Of a stretch of DNA of 64,000 nt, positions 1 through 9,761 are shown piece after piece; the stretch's first letter is position 1; the number at the start of each line of letters is the position of its first letter. Below the pieces are notes generated by a model, which ran no database searches, had not been told where the DNA came from, and saw only the letters and a list, made by a program, of their open reading frames with translations. This stretch comes from Candidatus Omnitrophota bacterium. Its GTDB lineage: Bacteria; Omnitrophota; Gorgyraeia; Tantalellales; Tantalellaceae. A program made the position numbers and the translations under genes. Where the stretch lies: NCBI GenBank assembly GCA_015231405.1, contig JADGBR010000008.1:25216-89215 (forward strand). Reading direction: 5' to 3'.

Positions 1-568
1 TGGGCTCATTCGAAGGCTGCTTATATCCGATAAGGACGGGTATTACCGGGACATTGCCGTTAATGGCCGCTTCGAAAGACGTGGACTTGAAAGGGAGGAT
101 GCCGCTTTTTCCGTCGGTGGTCGTTCCTTCCGGGTATACTATAGGATACATCCCGTGTTCTATCGTCTCCGTGTAATCTTCCAGCGCCTTTTTTGACGAC
201 TGGTTAGAAGCCCGGTCTATCCATATCGGACGGCTAAGTCCCACGTACCATCCGAGGAAAGGCCATTTGGATATTTCCGATTTCGGGGAATAACGCAGAG
301 GAAGCACCGATCCAAGGGCTATAATATCCAGGTAGCTCATGTGGTTGGAGACGACAAGCCCTCCTTCGCCTCCCGGGACGTCGCCGTATACCTTGACCCT
401 GAGATTAATTATACGGGCGATGCCTCTATTCCAAAGCATTGTCACCCGGCTTATCTTTTTAACTCCTTTCCATCCTCCGGTGAAAAGGTAGGGAGCCGTC
501 AAAACGGCCGCGAAGAGGGACCAAAACACGAGAGCGATGGTCTTAAGAACGGAAATAAGGAATGTCAC
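1..568 (-). CDS. PlsC/OlsA-like lysophospholipid O-acyltransferase (3' end lies beyond the window start)
   Basis: My own reverse-complement translation gives ...VYGDVPGGEGGLVVSNHMSYLDIIALGSVLP..., i.e. the NHxxxxD acyltransferase motif and a downstream PEGT motif. GTG start at complement 568, immediately downstream of the OlsB-like gene. Absent from the ORF track because it is truncated. Confidence 0.6.
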   Translation of the reverse strand, partial: MTFLISVLKTIALVFWSLFAAVLTAPYLFTGGWKGVKKISRVTMLWNRGIARIINLRVKVYGDVPGGEGGLVVSNHMSYLDIIALGSVLPLRYSPKSEISKWPFLGWYVGLSRPIWIDRASNQSSKKALEDYTETIEHGMYPIVYPEGTTTDGKSGILPFKSTSFEAAINGNVPVIPVLIGYKQPSNEP

Positions 569-572
569 AATG

Positions 573-1385
573 TTACCCGGTCTTTTTCCTGAAATTAAAA
601 TGATGTTTATAACGTTCCGGTATCCTTTCAGTATCCAGTAGTATGAAAAAGTCTATGGTCCCGAAATCGCCGTCAAGGGCTGGTTCTCCGCATATGAGCG
701 CGCCTAAATTGAGGTAGCCTTTGAATAGCGGCGGCAAGGACCTCTCGAGGGATGTCCTGTCGGAGAGGATCCGGTCTATCTCTTCCCGGGGAGGTTTTTG
801 GAGCTTGAATCCGGGGCGGGGGATGACGGTGAACTCTTTGAAGATCAGCCCTTTTTCGGTAAGATATTCGTGCAGCGCCCACCCCCTAGCGGGATCCATT
901 TCCTCGAGGCTTACGCATCCGAGAAGGTACCTGAGGTCCGAACGGTATAATAGCTCGGTTATGGCTCGCCACATTAAGGCTATGATGGAACCGGACCTGT
1001 ATCCGGGGTCAACGCAGGTCCTACCCATCTCAAGGCATTTTTCGGCCAGGTCGTACAGTCCGTGTATCTCGTACTCCTGGGAAGAGTAAAAACCTTTAGC
1101 GGAATTCGCGACGCATCCGAGATGGGCGCGGTAGGTCCCTACTACATTGCCGGATTGTTTATCGATGGCGATAAGGTGCAGGCAATATTCGTCGAACTCG
1201 TCAAAATCGATGCCGTATTTATCCGTGTGTTTGAGGCCCCTTTTCTGCTCGAGATTGAAGACCTCGTACCGGAGGCGCTGGGCTCTCTCTATCTCTTCAT
1301 GGTTCTCTGCCAGCTTGACGAGAAAATCTTTGGTCTCGGCGAGGTTCGGCGGCTCAATAATATGTTTAGGGAATTTATCTATCAT
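573..1385 (-). CDS. OlsB-like N-acyltransferase (lyso-ornithine-lipid / N-acyl amino acid synthase family, GNAT fold)
   Basis: 270-aa ORF whose composition resembles the OlsB / hemolysin-like N-acyltransferase family. It directly precedes the PlsC-like acyltransferase on the same strand, matching the olsB-olsA arrangement. Confidence 0.55.
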   Translation of the reverse strand: MIDKFPKHIIEPPNLAETKDFLVKLAENHEEIERAQRLRYEVFNLEQKRGLKHTDKYGIDFDEFDEYCLHLIAIDKQSGNVVGTYRAHLGCVANSAKGFYSSQEYEIHGLYDLAEKCLEMGRTCVDPGYRSGSIIALMWRAITELLYRSDLRYLLGCVSLEEMDPARGWALHEYLTEKGLIFKEFTVIPRPGFKLQKPPREEIDRILSDRTSLERSLPPLFKGYLNLGALICGEPALDGDFGTIDFFILLDTERIPERYKHHFNFRKKTG

Positions 1386-2188
1386 TTTTGAGCTCTTTTG
1401 TTCTCTCCGTCAACCTGCAGGTCGTCCGGGACGATAAGAAATTCTATCCAGTCAAGTCCGGCTTCGGCCTCGGAACCTGTATACTGGCTGTTACAGGAAA
1501 CGCTGAGATACAGTTTTTCTGGATAATAGCCCCAGGCTTCGTTAAAATCCTCGGCCGCATTACGTTCTTCAATGAACCACCCGCCATCCGAAACATCCTC
1601 TTTGTTCCTTAGAGTATACCATTTTACCTTAATAGTGCCCATGCCGTAAACGCAATTACCTTCCGAGCCACGAGGGGTCTCTGTATCCCACCTGTAAGAA
1701 ACGCTCTTATTGTCGAGCGTGCTCCCGGTCCCGATATATATGCCTATAGCCTGATCGTCTTTGGCCTTTATCCTTCCGTCCGCACCAATGGGAAGCTTTG
1801 TCGCTTTCCAGCGCCACCGTAATAATGGGGCCTTCCGGATATCCACTTCGGTGATCTTTGTGACCAGACTGCCTGAGGCCTTAAGGGCTGTCATTTGAAG
1901 GAAAGATGACGGCTGTTCGCTCTGGCCGTTGAGGGAGAAGAGGGCCGATCTTGTCCCGGGTTTTTTATGCATGTCCCATCCCTCCGGAATAGCGCCAACG
2001 CCGTCCCCTTTCGCGGGGATAAAGTCTTCCCGCCACGCGGCGACAAGAACGGGAACAGTTTTCTCCTGTGTGACTGAAATAGGGGCTTCGGCGTGCCTTT
2101 CGAACCGCCAGAAAAGAAAAACCGCGCCGGCTATGGCGACCATAAAAATTACCGCGAGGGCTAGAGTGCTTCTTTTTGTTACCGGCAT
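1382..2188 (-). CDS. DUF3047-like protein with an N-terminal signal anchor
   Basis: ORF with an N-terminal hydrophobic helix (LALAVIFMVAIAGAVFLFW). Its 4-nt overlap with the OlsB-like start suggests an operon. The ATG at complement 2188 is preferred over the TTG at 2224. Confidence 0.4.
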   Translation of the reverse strand: MPVTKRSTLALAVIFMVAIAGAVFLFWRFERHAEAPISVTQEKTVPVLVAAWREDFIPAKGDGVGAIPEGWDMHKKPGTRSALFSLNGQSEQPSSFLQMTALKASGSLVTKITEVDIRKAPLLRWRWKATKLPIGADGRIKAKDDQAIGIYIGTGSTLDNKSVSYRWDTETPRGSEGNCVYGMGTIKVKWYTLRNKEDVSDGGWFIEERNAAEDFNEAWGYYPEKLYLSVSCNSQYTGSEAEAGLDWIEFLIVPDDLQVDGENKRAQK

Positions 2189-2327
2189 GGAGTGTATTCT
2201 ATCTTCTTGGTGCGTAATATGCAATAAGATCGCATTAAAATCTTTGATGGGGGGGAATACTCAAGTATAATATCTAAAGTGATATTAGTTGAACGTTCAA
2301 TTTGCCATCGGAAAAGGGGGAGGTAGT

Positions 2328-2891
2328 ATGAGTTTCTTGAGTAACTCGATAGTCCCGAAAAAAATGTTCTTCACTAAAGGCGTCGGCATACACAAAGCGG
2401 AGCTCAGGAGTTTCGAGCTGGCGCTCCGGGACGCGGGCATAGAGAAGTGTAACCTGGTCACTGTATCGAGTATTTTGCCTCCGGGCTGTCAGATAATCCC
2501 CAGGAATGAGGGCATTAAACAGATACAGGCCGGTATGGTGACTTTTACTGTCCTGGCCAGATCTTCGTCGTCGGAAGCTCACCGGCTCGTTGCCGCGAGC
2601 GTGGGGTGCGCGGTTCCGGCGGACACCAGCAGTTACGGATATTTAAGCGAACATCACGGTTTCGGGCAGAACGAGAAAGTTTCGGGCGATTACGCCGAAG
2701 ATCTCGCCGCGGCGATGTTGGCTTCCACCCTGGGCCTCGAGTTCGACGAGGAAAAATCGTGGGACGAGAATAAGCAGATAAATCACCTGAGCGATAAGAT
2801 CGTAAGGACCATGAATATAACTCAAACCGCCGTTATCGGCTCTGACGGAGCTTTCACGACCGTGATAGCCGCGGCCGTATTCCTTTTCTAG
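2328..2891 (+). CDS. pdaD: Pyruvoyl-dependent arginine decarboxylase
   Basis: [11 protein letters not shown]...ALRDAGI...[11 protein letters not shown] matches the PdaD signature, including the Ser-Ser self-cleavage site. GGGGGAGG ribosome-binding site before the ATG at 2328. Confidence 0.75.
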   Translation: MSFLSNSIVPKKMFFTKGVGIHKAELRSFELALRDAGIEKCNLVTVSSILPPGCQIIPRNEGIKQIQAGMVTFTVLARSSSSEAHRLVAASVGCAVPADTSSYGYLSEHHGFGQNEKVSGDYAEDLAAAMLASTLGLEFDEEKSWDENKQINHLSDKIVRTMNITQTAVIGSDGAFTTVIAAAVFLF

Positions 2892-2919
2892 GGACAGGCG
2901 TCCCCGGGGGGGAGATCAT

Positions 2920-5469
2920 ATGGGTTGGCAAATCAGTTCCGCCGATATCCACAAGAGAACGGTCCTTGTCATAGGCGTAAGCCTGGTGGCTCTTATATCC
3001 GCCATAATTATCGCCTCATGGCTCATAGTTATGCGTGGATTTGACGAGCTTGAGCACAGGTTCGTCCGCAAAAATATTTCAAGGGCAGAGGATGTCATAG
3101 CGGACGGTATCGGCAACATTTCCATAAAACTTTCCGATTGGGCTAAATGGGACGATACCTGCGAGTTCATCCTGCATAAGAACGAGGCGTATATGAGATC
3201 GAACCTGGTCGATAACGTCCTCTCAACCATTAATGTGGACGCGATGATCTTTATCGACGCGCGCGGCGAGATCGTGTATTCAATGTTCTCTTCCTCCGAT
3301 AATAAAATAACCTACGAGTGTCCTCCCGGAATACGGAGGTATCTGGATAAAGGCAGCGTCCTCCTGGATCACTCGGATCTTGAAAAAGACATTTCCGGTA
3401 TCATTATGACCCCGGAAGGGCCGCTGATGGTGGTATCGAGGGCCATTGTCGCGAGCGATGGCAATGGCCCGGCCAGGGGATCGCTCGTATTCGCGGCATA
3501 CCTCAAGGCTGAGGTTTTAAAACGCTATAGCGGGATGATCAGAGCGGATATTGATATACGTGACATCGACAGCCCGCGATTGCCGTCCGATTTTCAAAAG
3601 GCGCGGAAAGCATTCAGCGAAGGGCGATACTCGTTCATAACAAGTCCATGGAGCGGGACCATATCCGGTTTCTCCGTCCTCAAAGACATATTCGGCAAGC
3701 CTGCATTGATACTCAAGGTTGCTATGCCCAATGAGATAACCATGTTCGGGATGATCACGCTGGTCTGGTTTGTGGTAGCGCTCCTCGTTGTGGGATCGAT
3801 CTTTGGAATGGTAGTTTATATCCCGTTGAACAACGAGATCTCGAGCAGGCAGGCCGTGGAGAAAAACCTTGTTGTGAACCAGGAAGCGCTCAAGATCGCG
3901 AAAGAGAAAGCCGAGTTAGCGACCCGCGCGAAAAGCTATTTTCTCGCGAACATAAGCCATGAGATACGCACTCCGATGAACGCGATCGTCGGTTTTCTCG
4001 ACCTGTTGCGGCAAACAGGTCTGAACGATACCCAGAAGGATTATGTGGCGACAGCTATTTCCAGCGGCGAGATGCTGCTCGAGCTCATCAACCATGTCCT
4101 GGATATCTCGAAAATAGAATCGGAAGGGTTTAGCCTTGAAAAGATAGATTTTGATCTTGGTTATCTGATAGAGAGCGTGATAAAGATCCTGAAGCCCAAG
4201 ATGCAGGGCGGGGATGTCGAGTATCTGTTCGAATATTCCCCGTCGACCTCGTCTTTTTTCAGGGGAGACCCTACCAGGATACGCCAGATCATACTCAACC
4301 TCTTAAGTAACGCCGTCAAGTTCACGGAAAGGGGTGAGGTTAAAGTGTCCGTGGGAACGTCCGGGGGGCCGGCCGGCCCGGGAAATTTGCAGACGGTGAC
4401 CATGTCCGTCAGGGATACCGGCATAGGTATTCCCGCTGATAAACAGGATCTGATATTCGATCTATTTACCCAGGCCGACGAATCGATGACGCGTAAATAC
4501 GGGGGGACGGGTCTGGGGCTCGCCATATCACGGGCGCTCGCGCGTAAAATGGGCGGGGACATCACGGTTCGTTCCGAAGTCGCCAGGGGCAGTGAATTCA
4601 TTCTCACCATAGCTCTTGAGACGGCCCGGCCCGCCGTCGATAAGAATATTGCGCTCGTGGGCATGAACGAACTCAAAGGAAGGAAAGTCGCTATCGTCGA
4701 TGATAACGACATTGCGCTCAGGCTCCTGGAATACTATTCTCTTGAGTGCGGGATGCGCGTGGTATTTACCGGAGACCGCGCCGAGAAACTGATAAGCTGG
4801 CTGAACGCCGAAAACGATGCGCCCGATATAGTACTGTCGGATATTATGATGCCCGGGATGGACGGTTACACGCTGGCTAAATGGCTGCGCCAAGACGCGA
4901 GATACGCCCGTGTAAAACTTATAGCGGTCACCGCTGACGTGAGGCCGGGCGCGGCCGGTGAATCAAGGGGCGCGGGCTTCGACGCCTATTTGCCTAAGCC
5001 GGTCATCCCCCGGGAGCTGATAAATGTCATACGGACTATCCTCGGAGATAACAGGGAGGAAAAGGAGATCGTTACGCGCCATACGGCGGAGGAGCTGTCG
5101 CTCAAGGGAGTGAGGGTCCTGGTCGCCGAGGATAAGTCGGTTAACAGGAAACTGATGAAAATATATCTGGACCTTTACGGCTGTGTCAGCGATTTCGCGG
5201 TCGACGGGAAGGAAGCGGTAGAAAAGATGAGGAACGGAGTTTATGACATATGTTTAATGGACGTGCAGATGCCGGTGATGAGCGGGATCGAAGCCGTCGG
5301 GATCATCCGGAAAGAGATCGGCCGGATCATCCCGATAATAGCTATTACCGCCGCCGCGATGAAAGAAGACCGGGAAAGGTCCATTAAGAGCGGCATGAAC
5401 GATTATCTCACTAAACCCGTCGATCATATGAAATTGAAAGAAATGCTCATTAAATGGGTGAATGCCTGA
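2920..5469 (+). CDS. Hybrid sensor histidine kinase: TM-CHASE4-like sensor, HisKA, HATPase_c and two receiver domains
   Basis: H-box ISHEIRTPMNAI; G-boxes DTGIGI and GGTGLGL; two receiver domains (VAIVDDNDIALRLL...DIMMPGMDGY and VLVAEDKSVNRKLM...DVQMPVMSG). The N-terminal periplasmic domain is bracketed by two TM helices. Confidence 0.85.
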   Translation: MGWQISSADIHKRTVLVIGVSLVALISAIIIASWLIVMRGFDELEHRFVRKNISRAEDVIADGIGNISIKLSDWAKWDDTCEFILHKNEAYMRSNLVDNVLSTINVDAMIFIDARGEIVYSMFSSSDNKITYECPPGIRRYLDKGSVLLDHSDLEKDISGIIMTPEGPLMVVSRAIVASDGNGPARGSLVFAAYLKAEVLKRYSGMIRADIDIRDIDSPRLPSDFQKARKAFSEGRYSFITSPWSGTISGFSVLKDIFGKPALILKVAMPNEITMFGMITLVWFVVALLVVGSIFGMVVYIPLNNEISSRQAVEKNLVVNQEALKIAKEKAELATRAKSYFLANISHEIRTPMNAIVGFLDLLRQTGLNDTQKDYVATAISSGEMLLELINHVLDISKIESEGFSLEKIDFDLGYLIESVIKILKPKMQGGDVEYLFEYSPSTSSFFRGDPTRIRQIILNLLSNAVKFTERGEVKVSVGTSGGPAGPGNLQTVTMSVRDTGIGIPADKQDLIFDLFTQADESMTRKYGGTGLGLAISRALARKMGGDITVRSEVARGSEFILTIALETARPAVDKNIALVGMNELKGRKVAIVDDNDIALRLLEYYSLECGMRVVFTGDRAEKLISWLNAENDAPDIVLSDIMMPGMDGYTLAKWLRQDARYARVKLIAVTADVRPGAAGESRGAGFDAYLPKPVIPRELINVIRTILGDNREEKEIVTRHTAEELSLKGVRVLVAEDKSVNRKLMKIYLDLYGCVSDFAVDGKEAVEKMRNGVYDICLMDVQMPVMSGIEAVGIIRKEIGRIIPIIAITAAAMKEDRERSIKSGMNDYLTKPVDHMKLKEMLIKWVNA

Positions 5470-5483
5470 TCGGGGATATATCT

Positions 5484-5795
5484 ATGTATCCAGATGAAAA
5501 GAAAAAGGCCAGCGAAGAGCTCGGAATACCTGTAGAGGTCTATGACGAACTGCTCCTCGAGTTCATTCCCGACGCTTTGGCCGATATAAGGGGCCTCGGC
5601 GAGGCCGTAAAAGCGGATGATTACGATAAGGCCGCGCAAATAGCGCATGGGCTTAAAGGCATGGCCGGAAATTTAAAGCTGGCCCGTATAAAAAACGCCG
5701 CTTACGATATCGAGACGGCTTCTTTCGGGAATAAGGATAAACAGGCGATAATGGGTAAAATATCCGAATTGGAACGGGATCTTTTCGAGTTGTAA
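5484..5795 (+). CDS. Hpt (histidine phosphotransfer) domain protein
   Basis: AHGLKGMAGNL HxxKG phospho-histidine motif. An alternative ATG at 5454 overlaps the kinase stop. Confidence 0.65.
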   Translation: MYPDEKKKASEELGIPVEVYDELLLEFIPDALADIRGLGEAVKADDYDKAAQIAHGLKGMAGNLKLARIKNAAYDIETASFGNKDKQAIMGKISELERDLFEL

Positions 5796-5823
5796 AGCCC
5801 GAACTCAAACTGTGTAGATTAAT

Positions 5824-5922
5824 CCGTCATTGCGAGGAGTGAGCGACGAAGGAGCGAACGACGAAGCAATCCCTGTGATTTATTATTTTTACAGAGATTG
5901 CTTCGTGCCCTCGCAATGACGG
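5824..5922. repeat. Palindromic intergenic repeat element, copy A
   Basis: CCGTCATTGCGAGG...CGAAGCAATCC / GATTGCTTCG..CCCTCGCAATGACGG, nested inverted repeats in the 174-nt Hpt-to-receiver spacer. Related copies lie at 14057 and 19899. Confidence 0.7.
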
Positions 5923-5969
5923 CTAATTTTGTTATTACGACACGATCTGCCTTATTTTTGGGAGGTAAA

Positions 5970-6653
5970 ATGGACAGAACTACCCGAAAGATACTGATAG
6001 TCGACGATAAGGCGGTTAACCGCCAGCTTTTAAGAGCGATACTTTTCGTGGCCGATCCCGGGTATATCATTTCCGAAGCCGATTCCGGTCAAGCCGCGCT
6101 CGAAGCCGTTAGCTCCGAACAGCCGGATATCATTTTGCTGGATGTCGTAATGCCGGGTATGGACGGGTACGAAGTATGCGAGAAATTAAAACTAGATATA
6201 AGAACAAGTCTCATCCCTATTCTTTTCATAACTTCTCTCGATAAGACCGAGGATATGGTCAAATGTTTCGCGGTCGGGGCCGCCGATTATATCATGAAAC
6301 CTATCAACCCCGAAGAGATCAAAGCCAGGGTGAGGACGCATCTCCGTATAAGAACGGCCGAGTTGGAACGCCTTGAATCCGAAAGGATAATGACGGTCAA
6401 TGACATGGTAGCGACATATAACCACAATATGAACCAGCCGCTCATGGTCGTTTATACTTATCTTAACCTGCTTCTCGCCTGCGCCGAGGGTAACGATAAA
6501 ATGATCAAGACCTGCCAAAAGATAAGGGTCGAACTGGATAAGATGAACATGATCTTAAGAGAGATCAGGTCGATCCAGACGCCGGAACGAACCGGATATG
6601 TGGGCGATTCCGGCATGTTTAAGCTTGACCACGAGGGGGACGGAAGCGCATGA
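5970..6653 (+). CDS. Response-regulator receiver domain fused to a HisKA/DHp-like domain without an ATPase domain
   Basis: ILIVDDKAVNRQLL...DIILLDVVMPGMDGY receiver domain; C-terminal YNHNMNQPL H-box-like helix with no HATPase. GGAGG ribosome-binding site before the ATG at 5970. Confidence 0.7.
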   Translation: MDRTTRKILIVDDKAVNRQLLRAILFVADPGYIISEADSGQAALEAVSSEQPDIILLDVVMPGMDGYEVCEKLKLDIRTSLIPILFITSLDKTEDMVKCFAVGAADYIMKPINPEEIKARVRTHLRIRTAELERLESERIMTVNDMVATYNHNMNQPLMVVYTYLNLLLACAEGNDKMIKTCQKIRVELDKMNMILREIRSIQTPERTGYVGDSGMFKLDHEGDGSA

Positions 6654-8554
6654 CACTGATAGGTCTCCGGGAAATATCGCTTACTTTCGGGTTCACCCCG
6701 GTCTTCGATAACATAAGTCTCGAGATCGGGCCGGGTGAGAGGGCGGCTCTTCTCGGGCGTAACGGCTCGGGTAAGACCACCATGATGAAGGTTATCGCCG
6801 GCGAGATGGAAGTCGATCGCGGCAACGTGATCTATCAAAAGGGCGTAAAGGTAGCCCTCCTTTCACAGGAAGTCCCTACCGATATCCGGGGCAGCGTTTT
6901 TGACGTCGTTCTTTCGGGCCTCGGGGAACAGGTCAAGCTGTTATCGGAATATCACCATATAGCGCACCGTTTACAGTCCGAGCATACCGATGAGTTGATC
7001 GCGAGGCTTGGCGTCCTCCAGGCGGAGATCGACCATACGGGCGGGTGGGACCTGAATAATCAGGTCGAGAACGTCATCGCCAGGATGAAGCTCGACTCCG
7101 ACGCCGATTTTGAGACTCTCTCGGGAGGGAAAAAAAGAAGGGCGCTCCTCGCACGGGCGCTCGTTATCCAGCCTGACGTGCTTCTACTCGACGAGCCGAC
7201 GAACCATCTTGATATAGACTCGATAGATTGGCTTGAGGCCCTCTTGAAGGGCTATCCGGGGACCGTTATCTTTGTCACGCATGACCGTACGTTCCTCACT
7301 AATGTATCGACGCGTATCATCGAGCTCGACCGCGGGAATATATATAACTGGGAATGTGATTACAGGACTTTTCTTGAGAGGAAGCAGGCGGCCCTGGATA
7401 ACGAGGCGGCCCGGTGGGAGAACTTCGATAAAAAGCTTTCTAATGAGGAAGTCTGGGTCAGGCAGGGCGTCAAAGCCAGGAGATGCAGGGAGAAGGGGCG
7501 TGTAAGGGAGCTTGAACGTTTAAGGGAAGAGAAGCGGAAGCAGCGCAAAATGCTGGGCATGGTACGCATGCAAACGCAGGAAGCGGAGATCTCCGGACAT
7601 ATCGCGATCAAGGTGCAGAAGATCGGCATGAACTACGGGGAGAGCTGTCTCATAAGAGATTTTTCCACCCGAATAGTGCGCGGGGATAAGATAGGGCTGA
7701 TAGGCCCGAACGGCAGCGGAAAAACGACCCTCATCAGGATCTTATTGGGCGAGCTTGTTCCCACAAAAGGGAAGGCCCGGCTGGGGACGAACATAGAGAT
7801 AGCCTATTATGACCAGCTCCGCGAGCGGCTCGATGAGGGAAAGTCCATCGCCGAGAATATATGCGGCACTAACGAGTTCGTCATTTTTAACGGCAAGCCA
7901 AGGCATATCACAGGATATCTCCAGGATTTTCTTTTTACGCCGGAGCGTATCCGTACCCAGGTCAAGTACCTGTCGGGGGGAGAACGGAACCGGCTGCTTC
8001 TCGCGAAATTATTCTCGAGGCCCGCGAATCTTCTCGTTATGGACGAGCCCACCAATGACCTTGATATCGAAACTCTCGAGCTTCTTGAAGAGCTTCTCCT
8101 GGAATATACCGGGACCCTGCTTCTTGTCAGCCATGACCGGACCTTTCTCAACAATGTCGTGACTTCGACCATAGTTCTGGAGGGTGAAGGCGAGGTCAAC
8201 GAATATCCGGGCGGCTATGACGATTGGCTCTCGCAGAGTCGACGGCTCGCCGACGTGACATCCAATAAAACAATGCCCGCCAAAGACCCGTCAAGACCGA
8301 TTGTCAAAGACGCGCTGCGAAAACTGACATTTAAGGAACGGAAAGAATTGGAAGAGCTGGTGATCAATATTCCCATGATGGAAGAGGAGAACGAAAAGAT
8401 CCTCTCTCTCCTGGCCGATTTCACTTTTTACCAAAGAGCCCCCAATGAGGTATCCGGCACGAAAGCGAGAGCCGAAACCCTCAAGACCGAACTATCCGCC
8501 GCGTATGAGCGGTGGACTTTCCTGGAAGAATTATACCAGAACGAGCAAAAATAA
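6650..8554 (+). CDS. uup: ABC-F family ATPase (Uup-like), two ABC domains plus a C-terminal coiled-coil extension
   Basis: Two Walker A motifs (GRNGSGKTT, GPNGSGKTT) and two signature motifs (LSGGKKRR, LSGGERNR). Length 634 aa. Confidence 0.8.
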   Translation: MTLIGLREISLTFGFTPVFDNISLEIGPGERAALLGRNGSGKTTMMKVIAGEMEVDRGNVIYQKGVKVALLSQEVPTDIRGSVFDVVLSGLGEQVKLLSEYHHIAHRLQSEHTDELIARLGVLQAEIDHTGGWDLNNQVENVIARMKLDSDADFETLSGGKKRRALLARALVIQPDVLLLDEPTNHLDIDSIDWLEALLKGYPGTVIFVTHDRTFLTNVSTRIIELDRGNIYNWECDYRTFLERKQAALDNEAARWENFDKKLSNEEVWVRQGVKARRCREKGRVRELERLREEKRKQRKMLGMVRMQTQEAEISGHIAIKVQKIGMNYGESCLIRDFSTRIVRGDKIGLIGPNGSGKTTLIRILLGELVPTKGKARLGTNIEIAYYDQLRERLDEGKSIAENICGTNEFVIFNGKPRHITGYLQDFLFTPERIRTQVKYLSGGERNRLLLAKLFSRPANLLVMDEPTNDLDIETLELLEELLLEYTGTLLLVSHDRTFLNNVVTSTIVLEGEGEVNEYPGGYDDWLSQSRRLADVTSNKTMPAKDPSRPIVKDALRKLTFKERKELEELVINIPMMEEENEKILSLLADFTFYQRAPNEVSGTKARAETLKTELSAAYERWTFLEELYQNEQK

Positions 8555-8636
8555 GCCGGCATGAGATGCCCCTTGAAAAGGGCATGACAAAATACTATTA
8601 TATGAAAGCTGTTTTGGAAAAGGAAAGAGGATCCCG

Positions 8637-9761
8637 GTGTTTGCGACTGAGTATGTAAGAAAGGTCTCGGATGTTCAAAGAGCGGACTGGGAGAGGATAT
8701 ACCCGGACGACCTTGAATCTTATGATTTTTTCAAGTCTTTGGACGAGTCTGGACTTTCGCAGTTCGAATTTTATTATATTTTAGTTCATGCCGGAAGAGA
8801 TCTTGTCGGCGTGGCTCCGTGTTTTTTTATGAAATATCCGCTTGATACTTCCATAAGCGGAGGGATCCGGCGTTTCACCAACGCACTCAGGAGGCGTTTC
8901 CCGGATATACTATGTCTCAAAGCGCTTATCGCCGGTCTTCCGATGGGGAAAGGTCAGATCGGGCTTGCGGGCGACAGTCACGGGGTGCTGGAAGCGATAC
9001 TCGGGGTCATGGAGGGGATAGCCTCGGATTTAAAAGCCGCTGTTATAGCGTTCAAGGACTTTGACGGATCCTACTCGGACCTTTTCTCTCCCTTATTAAA
9101 AAAGGGTTTTGTCAGGATAGACAGCCTCCCTTCCGCCGAGATGGATATCCCTTTCATGGATTTTGAAGGATACATGAAGACCCTTTCGGGGGCGACAAGA
9201 TATGACCTTCGAAGAAAATTCAAGAAAGTCGACGGGAACGTTAAGATAGACCTGGAGATAACCGGAGCCCCTGCCGAAAGGGATCTAAGCGAGATGTATA
9301 AACTTTATCTTGGTATGGTCGAGGAACACGAAATGGGCTTTGAGGTAGTGCCCGAGGCGTTCTTCAGGAACGTCGCGAAAAATATGCCGGAGGAGGCCAG
9401 GTTCTTCTTCTGGAAAATGGATGGGAAGGTGGTCGCGTTCCTTTTTTCTCTGGTGTCGGGGGATGTCATTAACGATTATTATCTCGGCCTGGATTATTCC
9501 GTAGCCCGCGACTACCACCTTTATTTCGTGAAATTCCGGGATGTTATGAACTGGTGCCTGAGCCGCGGGATAAAGAGGTATATAATGGGCGTTACAGGTT
9601 ATGAGCCCAAAAGAAGGCTGGGGTTCGATTTCGTCCCATTGTATATTTATGTGAAGTTCAGGAATAGAGCGCTTCGGCCTGTTATGAACCTTCTGGTAAA
9701 ACTCCTTAATTTCGAGAATTTCGACCCGGAGCTTAAAAAAATAAAAGAAAAGGTATCGTGA
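8637..9761 (+). CDS. FemAB-like / BioF2-like GNAT-fold acyl- or aminoacyl-transferase
   Basis: 374-aa soluble protein. Its N-terminal architecture resembles the FemAB-like GNAT-fold families, though I could not see a GEY motif; the family call is by overall resemblance. GTG start with an AAGGAAAGAGG ribosome-binding site. Confidence 0.4.
   Translation: MFATEYVRKVSDVQRADWERIYPDDLESYDFFKSLDESGLSQFEFYYILVHAGRDLVGVAPCFFMKYPLDTSISGGIRRFTNALRRRFPDILCLKALIAGLPMGKGQIGLAGDSHGVLEAILGVMEGIASDLKAAVIAFKDFDGSYSDLFSPLLKKGFVRIDSLPSAEMDIPFMDFEGYMKTLSGATRYDLRRKFKKVDGNVKIDLEITGAPAERDLSEMYKLYLGMVEEHEMGFEVVPEAFFRNVAKNMPEEARFFFWKMDGKVVAFLFSLVSGDVINDYYLGLDYSVARDYHLYFVKFRDVMNWCLSRGIKRYIMGVTGYEPKRRLGFDFVPLYIYVKFRNRALRPVMNLLVKLLNFENFDPELKKIKEKVS

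Noticed and set aside
341-592. 83-aa plus-strand ORF
   Set aside because: It lies antisense within the PlsC-like acyltransferase gene, whose NHxxxxD motif is clear on the minus strand. It has no motif of its own.
2274-2582. 102-aa minus-strand ORF
   Set aside because: It overlaps the well-supported pdaD gene and the divergent promoter region, and has no ribosome-binding site or motif.
5819-6070. Minus-strand 83-aa ORF (…LLRRSLLRRSLLAMTD). The plus-strand 19894-20112 and minus-strand 14022-14315 ORFs are of the same kind.
   Set aside because: These are translations of the palindromic repeat copies and not genes. The repetitive peptide arises from the GCGAAG/CTTCGC repeats.
8555-8600. ATGCCCCTTGAAAAGGGCAT hairpin after uup as an intrinsic terminator
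   Set aside because: The stem is short and imperfect and is not followed by a U-tract, so it is left as unsupported.
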